From IMG/VR virus record IMGVR_UViG_3300029825_000007, positions 1,374-65,373 of that record: 64,000 bases of DNA, one strand, 5' to 3'. Of this stretch, positions 9,068 to 18,490 are shown piece after piece. Position numbers and translations under genes: made by a program. The notes beneath the pieces are model-generated. The model saw nothing but the letters and a program-made list of their open reading frames with translations. It ran no database searches and had not been told where the DNA came from. Position 1 is the stretch's first letter, and each line of letters opens with the position of its first letter. Origin of the DNA: a virus.

Positions 9068-9433
9068 CTATTTCTCAATGAGATCAACCTTTACACCTAC
9101 ATATGTTTTAAATCCGTTGTAATAGCTATAGACCGGATATGATGGTGTTCCGGCATAAAACCTACGAGTGATTCTTGAGTTAGTGGCCGGGTCTGTAAAA
9201 GTCGCATTAAAAAAAGCAGGCGAAACAGCTGAATCAACAACTGCTGCCTGACTTCTTGTCAATGGAATAAATTCACAGGTTAACTTATATTTAATTGCCA
9301 CCAAGTCCCCTATCACTTCACCATTGGCTGCTCGGCCTGTATTAGCAGACCAAACTTTTTCTCTTGTTATTGTAAGTCCATTTGCCTTTAGTGGCGGCAT
9401 AGTAACACCGCCAATTACTAATGGGTCTGTCAT
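9068..9433 (-). CDS. small tail component at the post-tape-measure (distal tail) position
   Basis: 121 aa, immediately after the tape measure gene. The call rests on synteny only. Confidence 0.4.
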   Translation of the reverse strand: MTDPLVIGGVTMPPLKANGLTITREKVWSANTGRAANGEVIGDLVAIKYKLTCEFIPLTRSQAAVVDSAVSPAFFNATFTDPATNSRITRRFYAGTPSYPVYSYYNGFKTYVGVKVDLIEK

Positions 9434-9448
9434 ATATACCGCCTTTCT

Positions 9449-12400
9449 TTAAAATTCAAAATTAAAAGGGAATGGCAACTTCCCAGATGATTTTACACGT
9501 TTTGTAACTTCTTCAATAATAAAATCTGTAATCTGCTTATTACCAATCTGTATATTGACTACTGGTGCTTGATTGTTGTTATTATCTGAATGAGCATTGC
9601 TAAATACTTTATCCATTCCGTCAACAACTGCATTTTTAATAGCATCTGCAATAACGGCATTGTTGGCTACTGCATTTTTATTTCCGACTTTACCAACCAT
9701 TTCTGGATTTCCAAACTCATTCATTCCCCATATTTCACCAGTTGGGAAACCACCTTTTTTATACCAGTCAATTCCAAACTTCGGTGTAGAAAACTCAATA
9801 CCACCAATTGAATGTTGTGTTGATGACATATTAATGTGCGGTAATGGAATATGGAAATTTGAGAATCCATCTGCAAAGTTTTTAATTGCATTTCTTCCTA
9901 TTTTCCATAACCCTCCGAGTTTATCACTGATTTTACCCGGCAAACTAGTAAATTCCTTTGCGATATTCGAAACAGCAGTTCCGGCATCGCGTTTCATACC
10001 TGCCCAATCACCGGAAAGGATTTGTCCTATGACACCCCAATCACCACGTGTGTCATTCTCAGTTTTGTTCCATGCTTTTTTGACCGTATCTGCAACTCCG
10101 CCGAACTTTTCATTGGCTTTTGTTTTTAACCCAGACCATGTGTCATTTACTTGTTGACTTACGGAATCCCATGTACTTTTAGTATCTTTTTTTGTTTCTC
10201 CCCACCAGTTTGATGCTGAATCATGGATGTTCTCAAATGTTTCAGAACCCCATTTTTTTAGATTTCCCCATGCGCCACTCATCTGATCGCATACAGAATC
10301 CCAAGTAGCCTTTGAATTTTTTTTGGTTTCATCCCACCAACCAGAAACGGATTCATATACTTTTTTAGCAGCATCTTTGATCTCATCCCAATGAGTGATA
10401 ATCAATCCAACACCAATCGCAACACCGGCTATCAAAGCACCTGTAGGGCTAAAAACAACAGAACCGATAGAATCTAGACTGGAACTAACTTTAGCTACTG
10501 CTTCTGCAATAGCAGGTGACATATCCATTAATGGTCCCATAAATTTTGCAACTTCTGATGCAATGGTAAACCCTTTAAATAATGCTTTAATAGCAAGTAA
10601 TCCAGAACCAAGTGCTAGAATAACCTTTCCGTCTTTAGTGTCAAACAAGCCAGATATAACACCGCTAAATGCTGTCCAAATGATATCCAATAAAGTGCTT
10701 GCAATGCCTTTCCAGTCTATAGAACCAAGAAATTCACCGATATCTCTACCGATTTGTTTCCAGTCGGTATTCTGCACAACTTCATTAATCGTACCAAGCA
10801 AATTCATTGTAAGATCACTTAAAGATTTACCCAATCCAGCCCAGTCTGTGTTGTGAATGAAATAATTGATTCCGTTATAGAGATTTTTAGCAATATCATT
10901 CCAATGAACCGTATCGTTAAAGTTATTTAAAATATCCCTAAGCCCATTAAGCCCACCAGACAATACACGACCAATAGTAGTAAAATTAACTTTTTCAAAG
11001 ATACCATTGATTCCATCACCGAACTTCTTACCCATAAGAGCATAATTAAGTCCGGGGTCTTTTTCACCATTACCGTTGAAAAATCCGTCTAAGATATTCC
11101 AGATAATCATGAATTTGTTTCCAAGAAAGTTTCCGATATTCTCAAAGTTTACTTCGGTAAAAATTCCATTCACACCTGTTGCAAATTTAGCACCAAGATT
11201 CTTCCAGTTAATGCCCTCAATTAATAAATTAAGCGTATTGATTATCGTGTTAATTCCTGCGCCAACAGTTCTACCCATTAAGTCCCAATCAATGTTATCA
11301 ACAAGACTATTAAAGGTACGTGTAAACGCATTGCAGAAATACGTGATCTTTGGCCCGACATTATTCCAATTAATGGCATCATAAACTTTCTGCATTCCTT
11401 TATTGAACCCATCAGCTATGATTTTGCCTAGCCCCTCCCAGTCTTCACGTTTGATTGCATCACGCATTTTTTTAGCAAAAGCACTGATCTCTTTATCTAT
11501 CGGAACTGTAGTAAACATATCAGCAGGCGATACACCAGTGTATTTTGATGTTCCTGGTGTTTCTGTGTATGTAGTAGGGTCTTTTGTATTGTCATTTAAG
11601 ACATTTAATTCATCAAAGCCCATAATTGTGCGCTTTAACTCTTTGACAGCTTTATTCGCTTTTTTAGTGCCTTTAGTAGCTCTTGTACTTTGATCTTCAA
11701 GAACTTTACCGTAATCCTGATATACTTTCTTAGCTTGAACAGCGTATTTCTTTCCTGTAAGTGCTGCAAAGAATTGACCAACTGCATTTAAGGCTTTAGA
11801 GATCATTTCTATGAAGACACTTAAATATGGTGCAACTACATTAACAATAGGTGCGAACGCTACTGCAAATGCGTTTTTGAGCATTAAAAGAGCAGATATG
11901 ATACTTGATATGCTCTTGTTATATTCTCCGCTGTATTGAACTAGGTTTTTACTTCCCTCTGCTATTGCAGTTTTAATACTAGAAATAAGCTGAAACACAC
12001 TAGAATACAATACAGACATTCCGATCATATGGCCGATTGAAGTCTTCTTCCCTGCTTCTTTTTTGAATCCAAGTAATGATTTAAGAGCATTTCCAATTTC
12101 TCTTTGAACAGGCTTAAAAGCATTCCCAACTTTATTTCCAAACTTACCTATGGATGAATCCATTTTGCCGAATAGTTGTTTTCCGGCATTAGCAAATTTT
12201 GAAAATTTAGCCAGCTGTTCTTTTGCTTGTTTCGCTGAATTTCCTTCTGCTTGTAAACCTTTTTGTGATTCCTGTGCAGACTTATTTAACTCTTTATTAT
12301 TTGTACTTACTTTGGCTTTTTCACGTGCTAAATCTTGCATTTCTTTAGCAGTCATACTAGCCGCCTTACCTTCACCAGATAGGGCTTGATTAGATATTTT

Positions 12401-13228
12401 TGCTAACTCTTCGAGATACTTTTTCTGCTCTTTTTGAGCAAGTAACATCTCTTGCATTTGCTCATAAGCATCATCAAAATCATTATCACCGAATGACAGC
12501 CCCTGATCTGATAAGGATTTTAGTTCTGATTTTAGGCTTGACACATTGACTTCAAAGTCCTGTGTGTCTGATATAGTACCTTTAAATTCACCTGATAGAT
12601 CGTTAAGTGATTGTGTCATTGACACAATTCCGCTATCATCTACTTTTGGCTCTATATCCGGAAAATCAAAATTATAATCGTTAGGGTCAGGCTCTTCAAA
12701 CTTTATAGGAATTGGTTCATCTGTGAATCCTTTTTCATTCAAGAGTTTCATTTTACCTGAATCTTCCCAAAAGTTTTTAGGACGATTGGCCGATTGGATA
12801 GCTTGCAATTCAAGTAGTTTTTTCTTGTATGAATCTAATTCGTTTGTAGCCCTTACGATATCATAGGAAAGACTTTTAAACTCTTGTGAATCCTTATTTA
12901 TACCGAATGTCTCTTTTTTATCTTTCCGAGCATTCAAAGTTTTTAAACGATTCTCAAGTTTTCCTATTTCTATCTCAACGTCTTTGATGTTGTTCGTATC
13001 AACATTGATTTTACCTATGTCTTTGATGCTTTTCATAAAGTCTTGATATGCGACTTTGGCTTTCTTAACCTTTCCAGTACCAAAGTCTATATCTTGCTTT
13101 GACGCACTAGTAAGAACGGTACGAACATCTTTTAAAGCATTTTTTAGATCATCTAATTGAGATATAGCTTTTTTTGATTCTGTTTCAACTAAAATCTCAA
13201 GAGAATCTATCTGGCCGTTATCAGCCAT
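9449..13228 (-). CDS. tail tape measure protein
   Basis: About 1259 aa. It has a coiled-coil N-terminal third, a hydrophobic glycine/alanine-rich centre and repeated W..ETKK motifs. AAGGAGGG RBS upstream of the ATG at 13228 (MADNGQIDSLE). Confidence 0.85.
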   Translation of the reverse strand: MADNGQIDSLEILVETESKKAISQLDDLKNALKDVRTVLTSASKQDIDFGTGKVKKAKVAYQDFMKSIKDIGKINVDTNNIKDVEIEIGKLENRLKTLNARKDKKETFGINKDSQEFKSLSYDIVRATNELDSYKKKLLELQAIQSANRPKNFWEDSGKMKLLNEKGFTDEPIPIKFEEPDPNDYNFDFPDIEPKVDDSGIVSMTQSLNDLSGEFKGTISDTQDFEVNVSSLKSELKSLSDQGLSFGDNDFDDAYEQMQEMLLAQKEQKKYLEELAKISNQALSGEGKAASMTAKEMQDLAREKAKVSTNNKELNKSAQESQKGLQAEGNSAKQAKEQLAKFSKFANAGKQLFGKMDSSIGKFGNKVGNAFKPVQREIGNALKSLLGFKKEAGKKTSIGHMIGMSVLYSSVFQLISSIKTAIAEGSKNLVQYSGEYNKSISSIISALLMLKNAFAVAFAPIVNVVAPYLSVFIEMISKALNAVGQFFAALTGKKYAVQAKKVYQDYGKVLEDQSTRATKGTKKANKAVKELKRTIMGFDELNVLNDNTKDPTTYTETPGTSKYTGVSPADMFTTVPIDKEISAFAKKMRDAIKREDWEGLGKIIADGFNKGMQKVYDAINWNNVGPKITYFCNAFTRTFNSLVDNIDWDLMGRTVGAGINTIINTLNLLIEGINWKNLGAKFATGVNGIFTEVNFENIGNFLGNKFMIIWNILDGFFNGNGEKDPGLNYALMGKKFGDGINGIFEKVNFTTIGRVLSGGLNGLRDILNNFNDTVHWNDIAKNLYNGINYFIHNTDWAGLGKSLSDLTMNLLGTINEVVQNTDWKQIGRDIGEFLGSIDWKGIASTLLDIIWTAFSGVISGLFDTKDGKVILALGSGLLAIKALFKGFTIASEVAKFMGPLMDMSPAIAEAVAKVSSSLDSIGSVVFSPTGALIAGVAIGVGLIITHWDEIKDAAKKVYESVSGWWDETKKNSKATWDSVCDQMSGAWGNLKKWGSETFENIHDSASNWWGETKKDTKSTWDSVSQQVNDTWSGLKTKANEKFGGVADTVKKAWNKTENDTRGDWGVIGQILSGDWAGMKRDAGTAVSNIAKEFTSLPGKISDKLGGLWKIGRNAIKNFADGFSNFHIPLPHINMSSTQHSIGGIEFSTPKFGIDWYKKGGFPTGEIWGMNEFGNPEMVGKVGNKNAVANNAVIADAIKNAVVDGMDKVFSNAHSDNNNNQAPVVNIQIGNKQITDFIIEEVTKRVKSSGKLPFPFNFEF

Positions 13229-13244
13229 ATGTGTGTCCCTCCTT

Positions 13245-13571
13245 TTACTTTTCGGTGCGACCAAAGTTTGCTTGCATAACCATTAATTTACTCAAGAACA
13301 ACTGTCTTTCTTTTTCCTTTTGCTCTTCTGGAATATTCTCTGGTTTCGTTTCATTTTTGTTATAAGACACTGGTTGATTCGGATACTTTGTTTTCCTGTC
13401 AAACATAGAGCCAAGAACCAACATCATATATGTGCCGATATTCCATGCCAAAAAATCAAGATCTTTATCTTTTTGTTCTCTTTTCTTTTCACCATATTTA
13501 AAATACCTTGACAGCTTTTTAGGTGTGGATTTCCAAAATATATCCATTGGAATCTCGTACTTCACTGCCAT
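13245..13571 (-). CDS. tail assembly chaperone, downstream (T-like) frame
   Basis: It lies between the G-like ORF and the tape measure. Its frame stays open at -1 through the end of the upstream ORF. Confidence 0.45.
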   Translation of the reverse strand: MAVKYEIPMDIFWKSTPKKLSRYFKYGEKKREQKDKDLDFLAWNIGTYMMLVLGSMFDRKTKYPNQPVSYNKNETKPENIPEEQKEKERQLFLSKLMVMQANFGRTEK

Positions 13572-13591
13572 AGGTATATAGATTTCATAAA

Positions 13592-13939
13592 TTATTTCTG
13601 TGAAACTTTTGTACTCTTTTTGTGATCCTGTGGAATCTGTATTTTTTCTGCCTTTTTCTTTTCTTTCAGGCTTTTGAAAAAACCCGATTCATTCACCGCT
13701 GTCATAATTTCTGTAAAGAGAGTTCCAAGATCTCCCCCACTTAAAAGATGTGCTTGCAATTCTTCTCCCGCTTCATCTTCTGAAACATTCTCAATCCATG
13801 CGATAAATCCACGAATCATAGTAATTGTCCTAGGATTTTTTTCATCTGCACCTATCAGATTGACACCTTTATCTTCAAGATCACACATTGCATTCATGTC
13901 TAATTCTGGAACTGCATATTCTTTACCATTAATTTTCAT
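13592..13939 (-). CDS. tail assembly chaperone (G-like)
   Basis: 115 aa, acidic core, located between the major tail protein and the tape measure. Confidence 0.5.
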   Translation of the reverse strand: MKINGKEYAVPELDMNAMCDLEDKGVNLIGADEKNPRTITMIRGFIAWIENVSEDEAGEELQAHLLSGGDLGTLFTEIMTAVNESGFFKSLKEKKKAEKIQIPQDHKKSTKVSQK

Positions 13940-13995
13940 AAATATATTTCCTCCCTGAAACCTTGTTATAATTTAATTTGTTATCTTTGCCTGAC

Positions 13996-14050
13996 CGATA
14001 AAACCCCGACCGACAACAGCTTGTTCAGCCGGGGGAATTATTCCCCCGAA
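13996..14050 (-). repeat. conserved 3' element, copy 1 (end of the major tail gene plus a downstream hairpin)
   Basis: By eye it is about 80 percent identical to 16874-16931. On the minus strand, CCCCGGC...GTCGGGG is followed by TTTTAT. Confidence 0.6.
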
Positions 14051-14511
14051 TCACCAAAATCAACTTTGTCATCAAGCCCGACATACTCATTGATCGTTAG
14101 AGAAATAGGTACTGTTAAAGCACCATTCTGTTCAATAGACGGTAAGGGAATTTTTTCACCCGGAGTAGCTACAACAAAGAAACCTTTAGAAACACCGGGA
14201 ATAAGTACTTCATACCATGTGCGCTTACCGGAATTCTTCGCTGTCTTAGAATCATCAATCATTTTCATTAATTCTGTGGCACGCTCTTCGCTGAAATTAA
14301 ATACCGGGGACCATGTACCGCCTGTATCCTGTCTTCCCTCTGCATACTGTGTAATCTTGTCTTCCAGTGCTGATACGTCAATCTGTTCGGATTCAAGATT
14401 GATTTCTGGAATTGAATTACATCTCTTTAACTGTGTAAAAGTGTTTGGTTTTGTTCCAGGAGTAGTTTCAATGCCGTACCCAAAAGTAATACCAAGACTT
14501 GTTAAATCCAT
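14038..14511 (-). CDS. major tail protein
   Basis: About 157 aa. AAGGTGG RBS upstream of the ATG at 14511 (MDLTSLGITFGYGIE...). It lies upstream of the chaperone pair. Confidence 0.65.
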   Translation of the reverse strand: MDLTSLGITFGYGIETTPGTKPNTFTQLKRCNSIPEINLESEQIDVSALEDKITQYAEGRQDTGGTWSPVFNFSEERATELMKMIDDSKTAKNSGKRTWYEVLIPGVSKGFFVVATPGEKIPLPSIEQNGALTVPISLTINEYVGLDDKVDFGDSGE

Positions 14512-14550
14512 ACCTTTTTCCACCTTTCTTTACATAAAAAAAGAAGTCCT

Positions 14551-14952
14551 TTAAAGGGCTTCACCATTGCCTAATAGCCTTGTATATCGGCTTGTTACGC
14601 GTTTTATAGATTGTTGTGAGTTATCCATAGGTGTCGGACCATAAGTACGTCTAAACCCCATGTTAAGCATTTCTTGATGCGCTAAATCATCTATGCCATA
14701 CGCTTTAATTAATGCCCCGGCACCATCTGCATAAGAATCTGTCTGTATTGTTACATTAGCATGTGTTTCGTTCCCCTCTGTATCAGTTCTCATTGTTGGA
14801 TATCCAAGTAATTTAACCGAAAAATATGGAAAATCCGAAACCTCTTCTGTGGTGCTCATAGATGAATTGTCACCGACTTTCGGATAGACTGATTTTGCAA
14901 GCCTATCAAAAATATCATAGATTGGATTCTTTATAACATCCAAGGCAATCAC
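14551..14952 (-). CDS. tail terminator / tail completion protein (by position)
   Basis: 133 aa, lying between the gp10-like protein and the major tail protein. Confidence 0.4.
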   Translation of the reverse strand: MIALDVIKNPIYDIFDRLAKSVYPKVGDNSSMSTTEEVSDFPYFSVKLLGYPTMRTDTEGNETHANVTIQTDSYADGAGALIKAYGIDDLAHQEMLNMGFRRTYGPTPMDNSQQSIKRVTSRYTRLLGNGEAL

Positions 14953-15462
14953 CTACTTTCCTTTTTCTGCAAACACTTCACTCGCTATCTTTGCAATTTC
15001 CATAGACAATTCTTGTGCAGTCTCATACATAAAAGGCCTTGATGGCATTCCGCTTGTGTGGTGCCATGCACCATCACGATAATAATTCCAACCACCATTA
15101 CCATGTTCATTGATGTCATATCTCCATCCGACAATTGAAACGTCAGGATGAGGATTGCTCTTGCCTTTAACTCCTGTACCAAACTCGACATATGCCGCCC
15201 ACGGACAGCCAGTATAAATCTTATAAGATGCACCATCTTGTAGTACATCACCTGATCTGACTTGCATGCTGCTTAGCAACTCTGCAGTGTATACGGCATC
15301 CTTTTCTGATATCTTAAATTTTGCAATATGTACACCGTCTGTAGCTAATCTCTTTGCAAGTTTTTTAGTCTTTTCGACTATTTCTTTTTGGTAATCCTCA
15401 ATCTCTTTAATTGCCTTATCTATGCCTTCGGGACTTAGCTTGCAGTGAATTACCTTGCTCAT
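14953..15462 (-). CDS. neck protein, HK97 gp10-like
   Basis: 169 aa. The N-terminus is coiled (IDKAIKEIEDYQKEIVEKTKKLAKRL) and the gene sits in the head-tail joining block. Confidence 0.45.
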   Translation of the reverse strand: MSKVIHCKLSPEGIDKAIKEIEDYQKEIVEKTKKLAKRLATDGVHIAKFKISEKDAVYTAELLSSMQVRSGDVLQDGASYKIYTGCPWAAYVEFGTGVKGKSNPHPDVSIVGWRYDINEHGNGGWNYYRDGAWHHTSGMPSRPFMYETAQELSMEIAKIASEVFAEKGK

Positions 15463-15464
15463 AC

Positions 15465-15869
15465 TTATACCCTCTTAGAAATACCATATCGAGCGACCAA
15501 ACCGACTTGTGTATCTATTACTTTTTTAACAATATAATCTGGCTTTGTCACAGGTTCGCCAAATTCTTCTTTTAGCTTTAATTCACCTGAATCATCAACT
15601 TGTGGAATATTATCTACAAACAATAGTTCATTTTCTGTAAATTGTATTTTATGTTTATTGTATACAGTAACTTCACGGTCATAATCTGGAACAATTCCGG
15701 CACCAATTTCTTGAGGTGTTCCGGCTGTTGCTGATACACTACACTGATACAAAACAGGTTTACTATAAGCGTCATACTTTTCGCCAGTGTTTTTCCCATC
15801 TATCAGAATAGGTTTCTTATCTACTTTGACCGACCATATTTTTTGATTCTGTTTTTTTCTTCCACGCAT
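15465..15869 (-). CDS. head closure / head-tail adaptor protein (by position)
   Basis: 134 aa, downstream of the connector-like gene. Confidence 0.4.
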   Translation of the reverse strand: MRGRKKQNQKIWSVKVDKKPILIDGKNTGEKYDAYSKPVLYQCSVSATAGTPQEIGAGIVPDYDREVTVYNKHKIQFTENELLFVDNIPQVDDSGELKLKEEFGEPVTKPDYIVKKVIDTQVGLVARYGISKRV

Positions 15870-15988
15870 TGATAATCACTTCCCTTTACTATAAAAATAA
15901 AGATTGTTCCACTTCCCTACCTCGCACCATGTGGTGGAACCCCTACGGCAAATGAGGGAGGACGCACTTGCCATGCACCGTCTTTATT

Positions 15989-16336
15989 TCAAATGAATCT
16001 TGCTATCGGTATGATGTTCGCATACAGTTCCGATTCATTAATAAATGATACCGATACATTGTTCTCAGAATGGGATTTCTCACCCTCTGTACCTTGTCTG
16101 TTCCAAGCATTCAAAACCGCATAAATAATTGTACCGTAATAATTTTCCAGATCATCAAGAATCATTGTTTCGGAATATTCAGATGGATAATTACGATACT
16201 TTTTTACGTTGTCTATTGAAAGCTTTACGAACAGGTTTAATTTATTTTCATCATCTGATGTGATATCATCTTTGAGTAGCGTCTTAGCGTCCTCTAATAT
16301 CCTGTCATTTAATGTTTTTGTTTCTGCCATTTTCAT
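15989..16336 (-). CDS. head-tail connector protein (gp6-like)
   Basis: 115 aa. Its size and position after the capsid genes are typical. Confidence 0.45.
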   Translation of the reverse strand: MKMAETKTLNDRILEDAKTLLKDDITSDDENKLNLFVKLSIDNVKKYRNYPSEYSETMILDDLENYYGTIIYAVLNAWNRQGTEGEKSHSENNVSVSFINESELYANIIPIARFI

Positions 16337-16342
16337 ACCTCC

Positions 16343-16498
16343 TTATTTTTTCGGAGGTCTACCACGTCTTTTAGGCTGTTCCGTATTTGTCTCAACATGA
16401 GCAGGCTTTTTATATTCCTCAAATCCGCTCTGTTTGAAAGCAGCAACTTGTACCGGATTATCAACTTCAAAGACTAGGTTTCCTTTTACTAACTTCAC
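16343..16498 (-). CDS. small protein with a C-terminal AT-hook-like tail
   Basis: GTG start 7 nt after a GGGAGGAA RBS. 51 aa, ending ..EQPKRRGRPPKK. It is not in the ORF track because it is under 60 aa. Confidence 0.4.
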   Translation of the reverse strand: MKLVKGNLVFEVDNPVQVAAFKQSGFEEYKKPAHVETNTEQPKRRGRPPKK

Positions 16499-16528
16499 TA
16501 AAATTTTCCTCCCTTGTGTTACGATTAC

Positions 16529-16819
16529 TTATTCTTCAACCGTTACAGTGACAGCAGATGTGGAATTATCAGATAGCGTCATAACTCCGCCTGTGATTTT
16601 ACCGTCTGCGTCTGTTGTAAGCGAAAGGGATTTTAGACTTTTACCATCAGTGCCTTTAGGCCCGGTTGTCCCTGTCTCGCCCTTTTCACCTTTAGCACCG
16701 TCCTTACCGGGTGGGCCTTGTGGCCCTACCTGATTCGTTTCTGCTAATAACTGCAACTGATTCATGAGTTCCGCTGTAATTACATCTCCAATTTTCCATA
16801 CATGTTTGGGGTCTGCCAT
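16529..16819 (-). CDS. collagen-like repeat protein (head fibre/decoration candidate)
   Basis: It contains an uninterrupted Gly-X-Y run, GPQGPPGKDGAKGEKGETGTTGPKGTDGK, and lies directly downstream of the capsid gene. Confidence 0.6.
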   Translation of the reverse strand: MADPKHVWKIGDVITAELMNQLQLLAETNQVGPQGPPGKDGAKGEKGETGTTGPKGTDGKSLKSLSLTTDADGKITGGVMTLSDNSTSAVTVTVEE

Positions 16820-16873
16820 ATAAAAATCAATCTCCTAACTGTGTGCGCGTTTACTGTGTTATAACTGCCTTTT

Positions 16874-16931
16874 CGATAACCCCCGAACCGACAATTGGCT
16901 GTTCGTCAGCCGGGGGTGTTATTCCCCCGAA
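16874..16931 (-). repeat. conserved 3' element, copy 2 (end of the major capsid gene plus a downstream hairpin)
   Basis: It is homologous to 13996-14050. Both genes end ..SGE-stop within the repeat. Confidence 0.6.
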
Positions 16932-17752
16932 CCGACCTTATTTACAGCGATTGCATTCTTTTTCTGGTTCAGAACGAAAGCGTCAAATCTTACACGTCCC
17001 TCAACAAGGAAGCCAGAGATACCAGGTGCATCAGAATGAATCTTATATTCAGTCAACTTAACAGGAGCGGGCATAACGATAGGATTCGTAATAATAACAT
17101 CAACACCGGCCGGGAAATAAGACGTAGGTGCTTTAATTACCGGAATATCATCAATAGTACCGATCTGACCGTTCAGAGCAATTCTAGTAGCAAGATCACC
17201 CATTTTAGTGAACGCAGAATCAAGTTTAATCTTGTTGTAAAATGCCGGGGTCACAATTGCAACTCGTCCACCCTGTGGGGCTTTCGCATCATCCAATTTC
17301 TCTTGCAAACCAAGGAAAGTTTCATATGCATTATCTTTCGTAGTTGTCACGTTTGTCAGATGAGAAGGATTCACACCCGCAACGATTTTGGAAATTCTGT
17401 ATGTATCAATCCCCGGAATTACTACCTGAGAAATTTCTCTTGCCAGTGCAGTTCCAGCTACCATGGTTCCCAGAGTATCCTGTACGGATTTCTGGTCGAT
17501 TGTAAATGTAAAGGACTTGTCTTGAGTGAGCATCATGCTCTGTACTTCATTCTCAAGCTCATCCGGTGTGCCATAGCGGTTAGAACCAGACAGTTTATAG
17601 TCAACCCAATCTTTTACCGGAATAGAAAATACTTTAATTGCTTCTACTCCAATCCAGTCATAAGAGTTATTGATAACACCCTGTGTAAGAGCACTCTGTG
17701 TAAATGCTTCATCAACAAGTGGAGAATATTTATCTGCATAATTAATAGCCAT
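16919..17752 (-). CDS. major capsid protein
   Basis: 277 aa, directly after the scaffold gene. The N-terminus MAINYADKYSPLVDEAF is typical of Firmicutes siphovirus capsid proteins. Confidence 0.7.
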   Translation of the reverse strand: MAINYADKYSPLVDEAFTQSALTQGVINNSYDWIGVEAIKVFSIPVKDWVDYKLSGSNRYGTPDELENEVQSMMLTQDKSFTFTIDQKSVQDTLGTMVAGTALAREISQVVIPGIDTYRISKIVAGVNPSHLTNVTTTKDNAYETFLGLQEKLDDAKAPQGGRVAIVTPAFYNKIKLDSAFTKMGDLATRIALNGQIGTIDDIPVIKAPTSYFPAGVDVIITNPIVMPAPVKLTEYKIHSDAPGISGFLVEGRVRFDAFVLNQKKNAIAVNKVGSGE

Positions 17753-17779
17753 AATTTATACCTCTTTCTTTTATAAAAA

Positions 17780-18346
17780 TTAATATCCCTTTAATCCCTT
17801 TTCGAATCCGGAAACAAAAGGGTCTTTTTCATTGTCATCATCTTCATTTCCACCTTGCGGTTCAGGTCGATTTCTTAACCATTCCTGTTCGGCTTCTTTG
17901 ATCTTTAGTTCCTGATTTCTTTGAATATTGGAATTGACAGTTTCTTCGTCACCCTCCAAATCCGCTTTTGCCGTAGCAGCCGCTAATTCTTCGGTCATTC
18001 CCAATCGCATGTAGTTTTTTGTTTTGGTGCTAAGAGCGATCTTATCTTCCAGACTTTTCACATAGGCTTTGTGATTCTCTTCCGCAATCTTCTTTTCTTC
18101 GGCTTCTTCTTCCTCAGCGGTCATTTTTGCTTTTAATTTCTTTCTTAACTCAGCAGTTTCAGAAGCGGCTTTGTCAAAAGAATTTTTTAGTTTTAACTTC
18201 TCGGCTCTTTCCTGTGCAAGCTGTGTTGACAAGTCTTCAATAGATGGTTCATTTGTCTCTTCATTGTTTTGGGATGTGGTATCAGGATTGGTATTTGTTT
18301 CTTTTTCAATTTCCTGATTTCCATTTTTGTTTAATTCATCTGCCAT
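17780..18346 (-). CDS. capsid scaffolding protein
   Basis: AAAGGAAA RBS upstream of the ATG at 18346 (MADELNKNG...). The protein is highly charged and helical, and lies between the head-morphogenesis and capsid genes. Confidence 0.6.
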   Translation of the reverse strand: MADELNKNGNQEIEKETNTNPDTTSQNNEETNEPSIEDLSTQLAQERAEKLKLKNSFDKAASETAELRKKLKAKMTAEEEEAEEKKIAEENHKAYVKSLEDKIALSTKTKNYMRLGMTEELAAATAKADLEGDEETVNSNIQRNQELKIKEAEQEWLRNRPEPQGGNEDDDNEKDPFVSGFEKGLKGY

Positions 18347-18490
18347 AACTGTCATTTCCTTTCTGCGTTTTTTAGACTTCTCTGTCTGATAATTGTTTTT
18401 GCGTTTTAGACACTTCTCTGTGCTTGTTGCGTTTTTTGATAAGGGAGATTTCTCTATCTCCCGCTTAAATTTAAGCAATAAAAAACAGAT

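Noticed and set aside
9590-12389. Several plus-strand ORFs of 73-186 aa inside the tape measure gene (for example 9597-10157 and 10395-10856).
   Set aside because: They are antisense to a long, well-supported gene. They have low-complexity Ser/Pro/Phe-rich translations, no RBS, and run against the operon.
16895-17776. A 293-aa plus-strand ORF covering the major capsid gene, and the similar 14021-14554 ORF covering the major tail gene.
   Set aside because: These are mirror-image ORFs of highly expressed minus-strand genes. Their translations are rich in Cys/Arg/Asn with no domain-like pattern, and both start inside the conserved 3' hairpin element.
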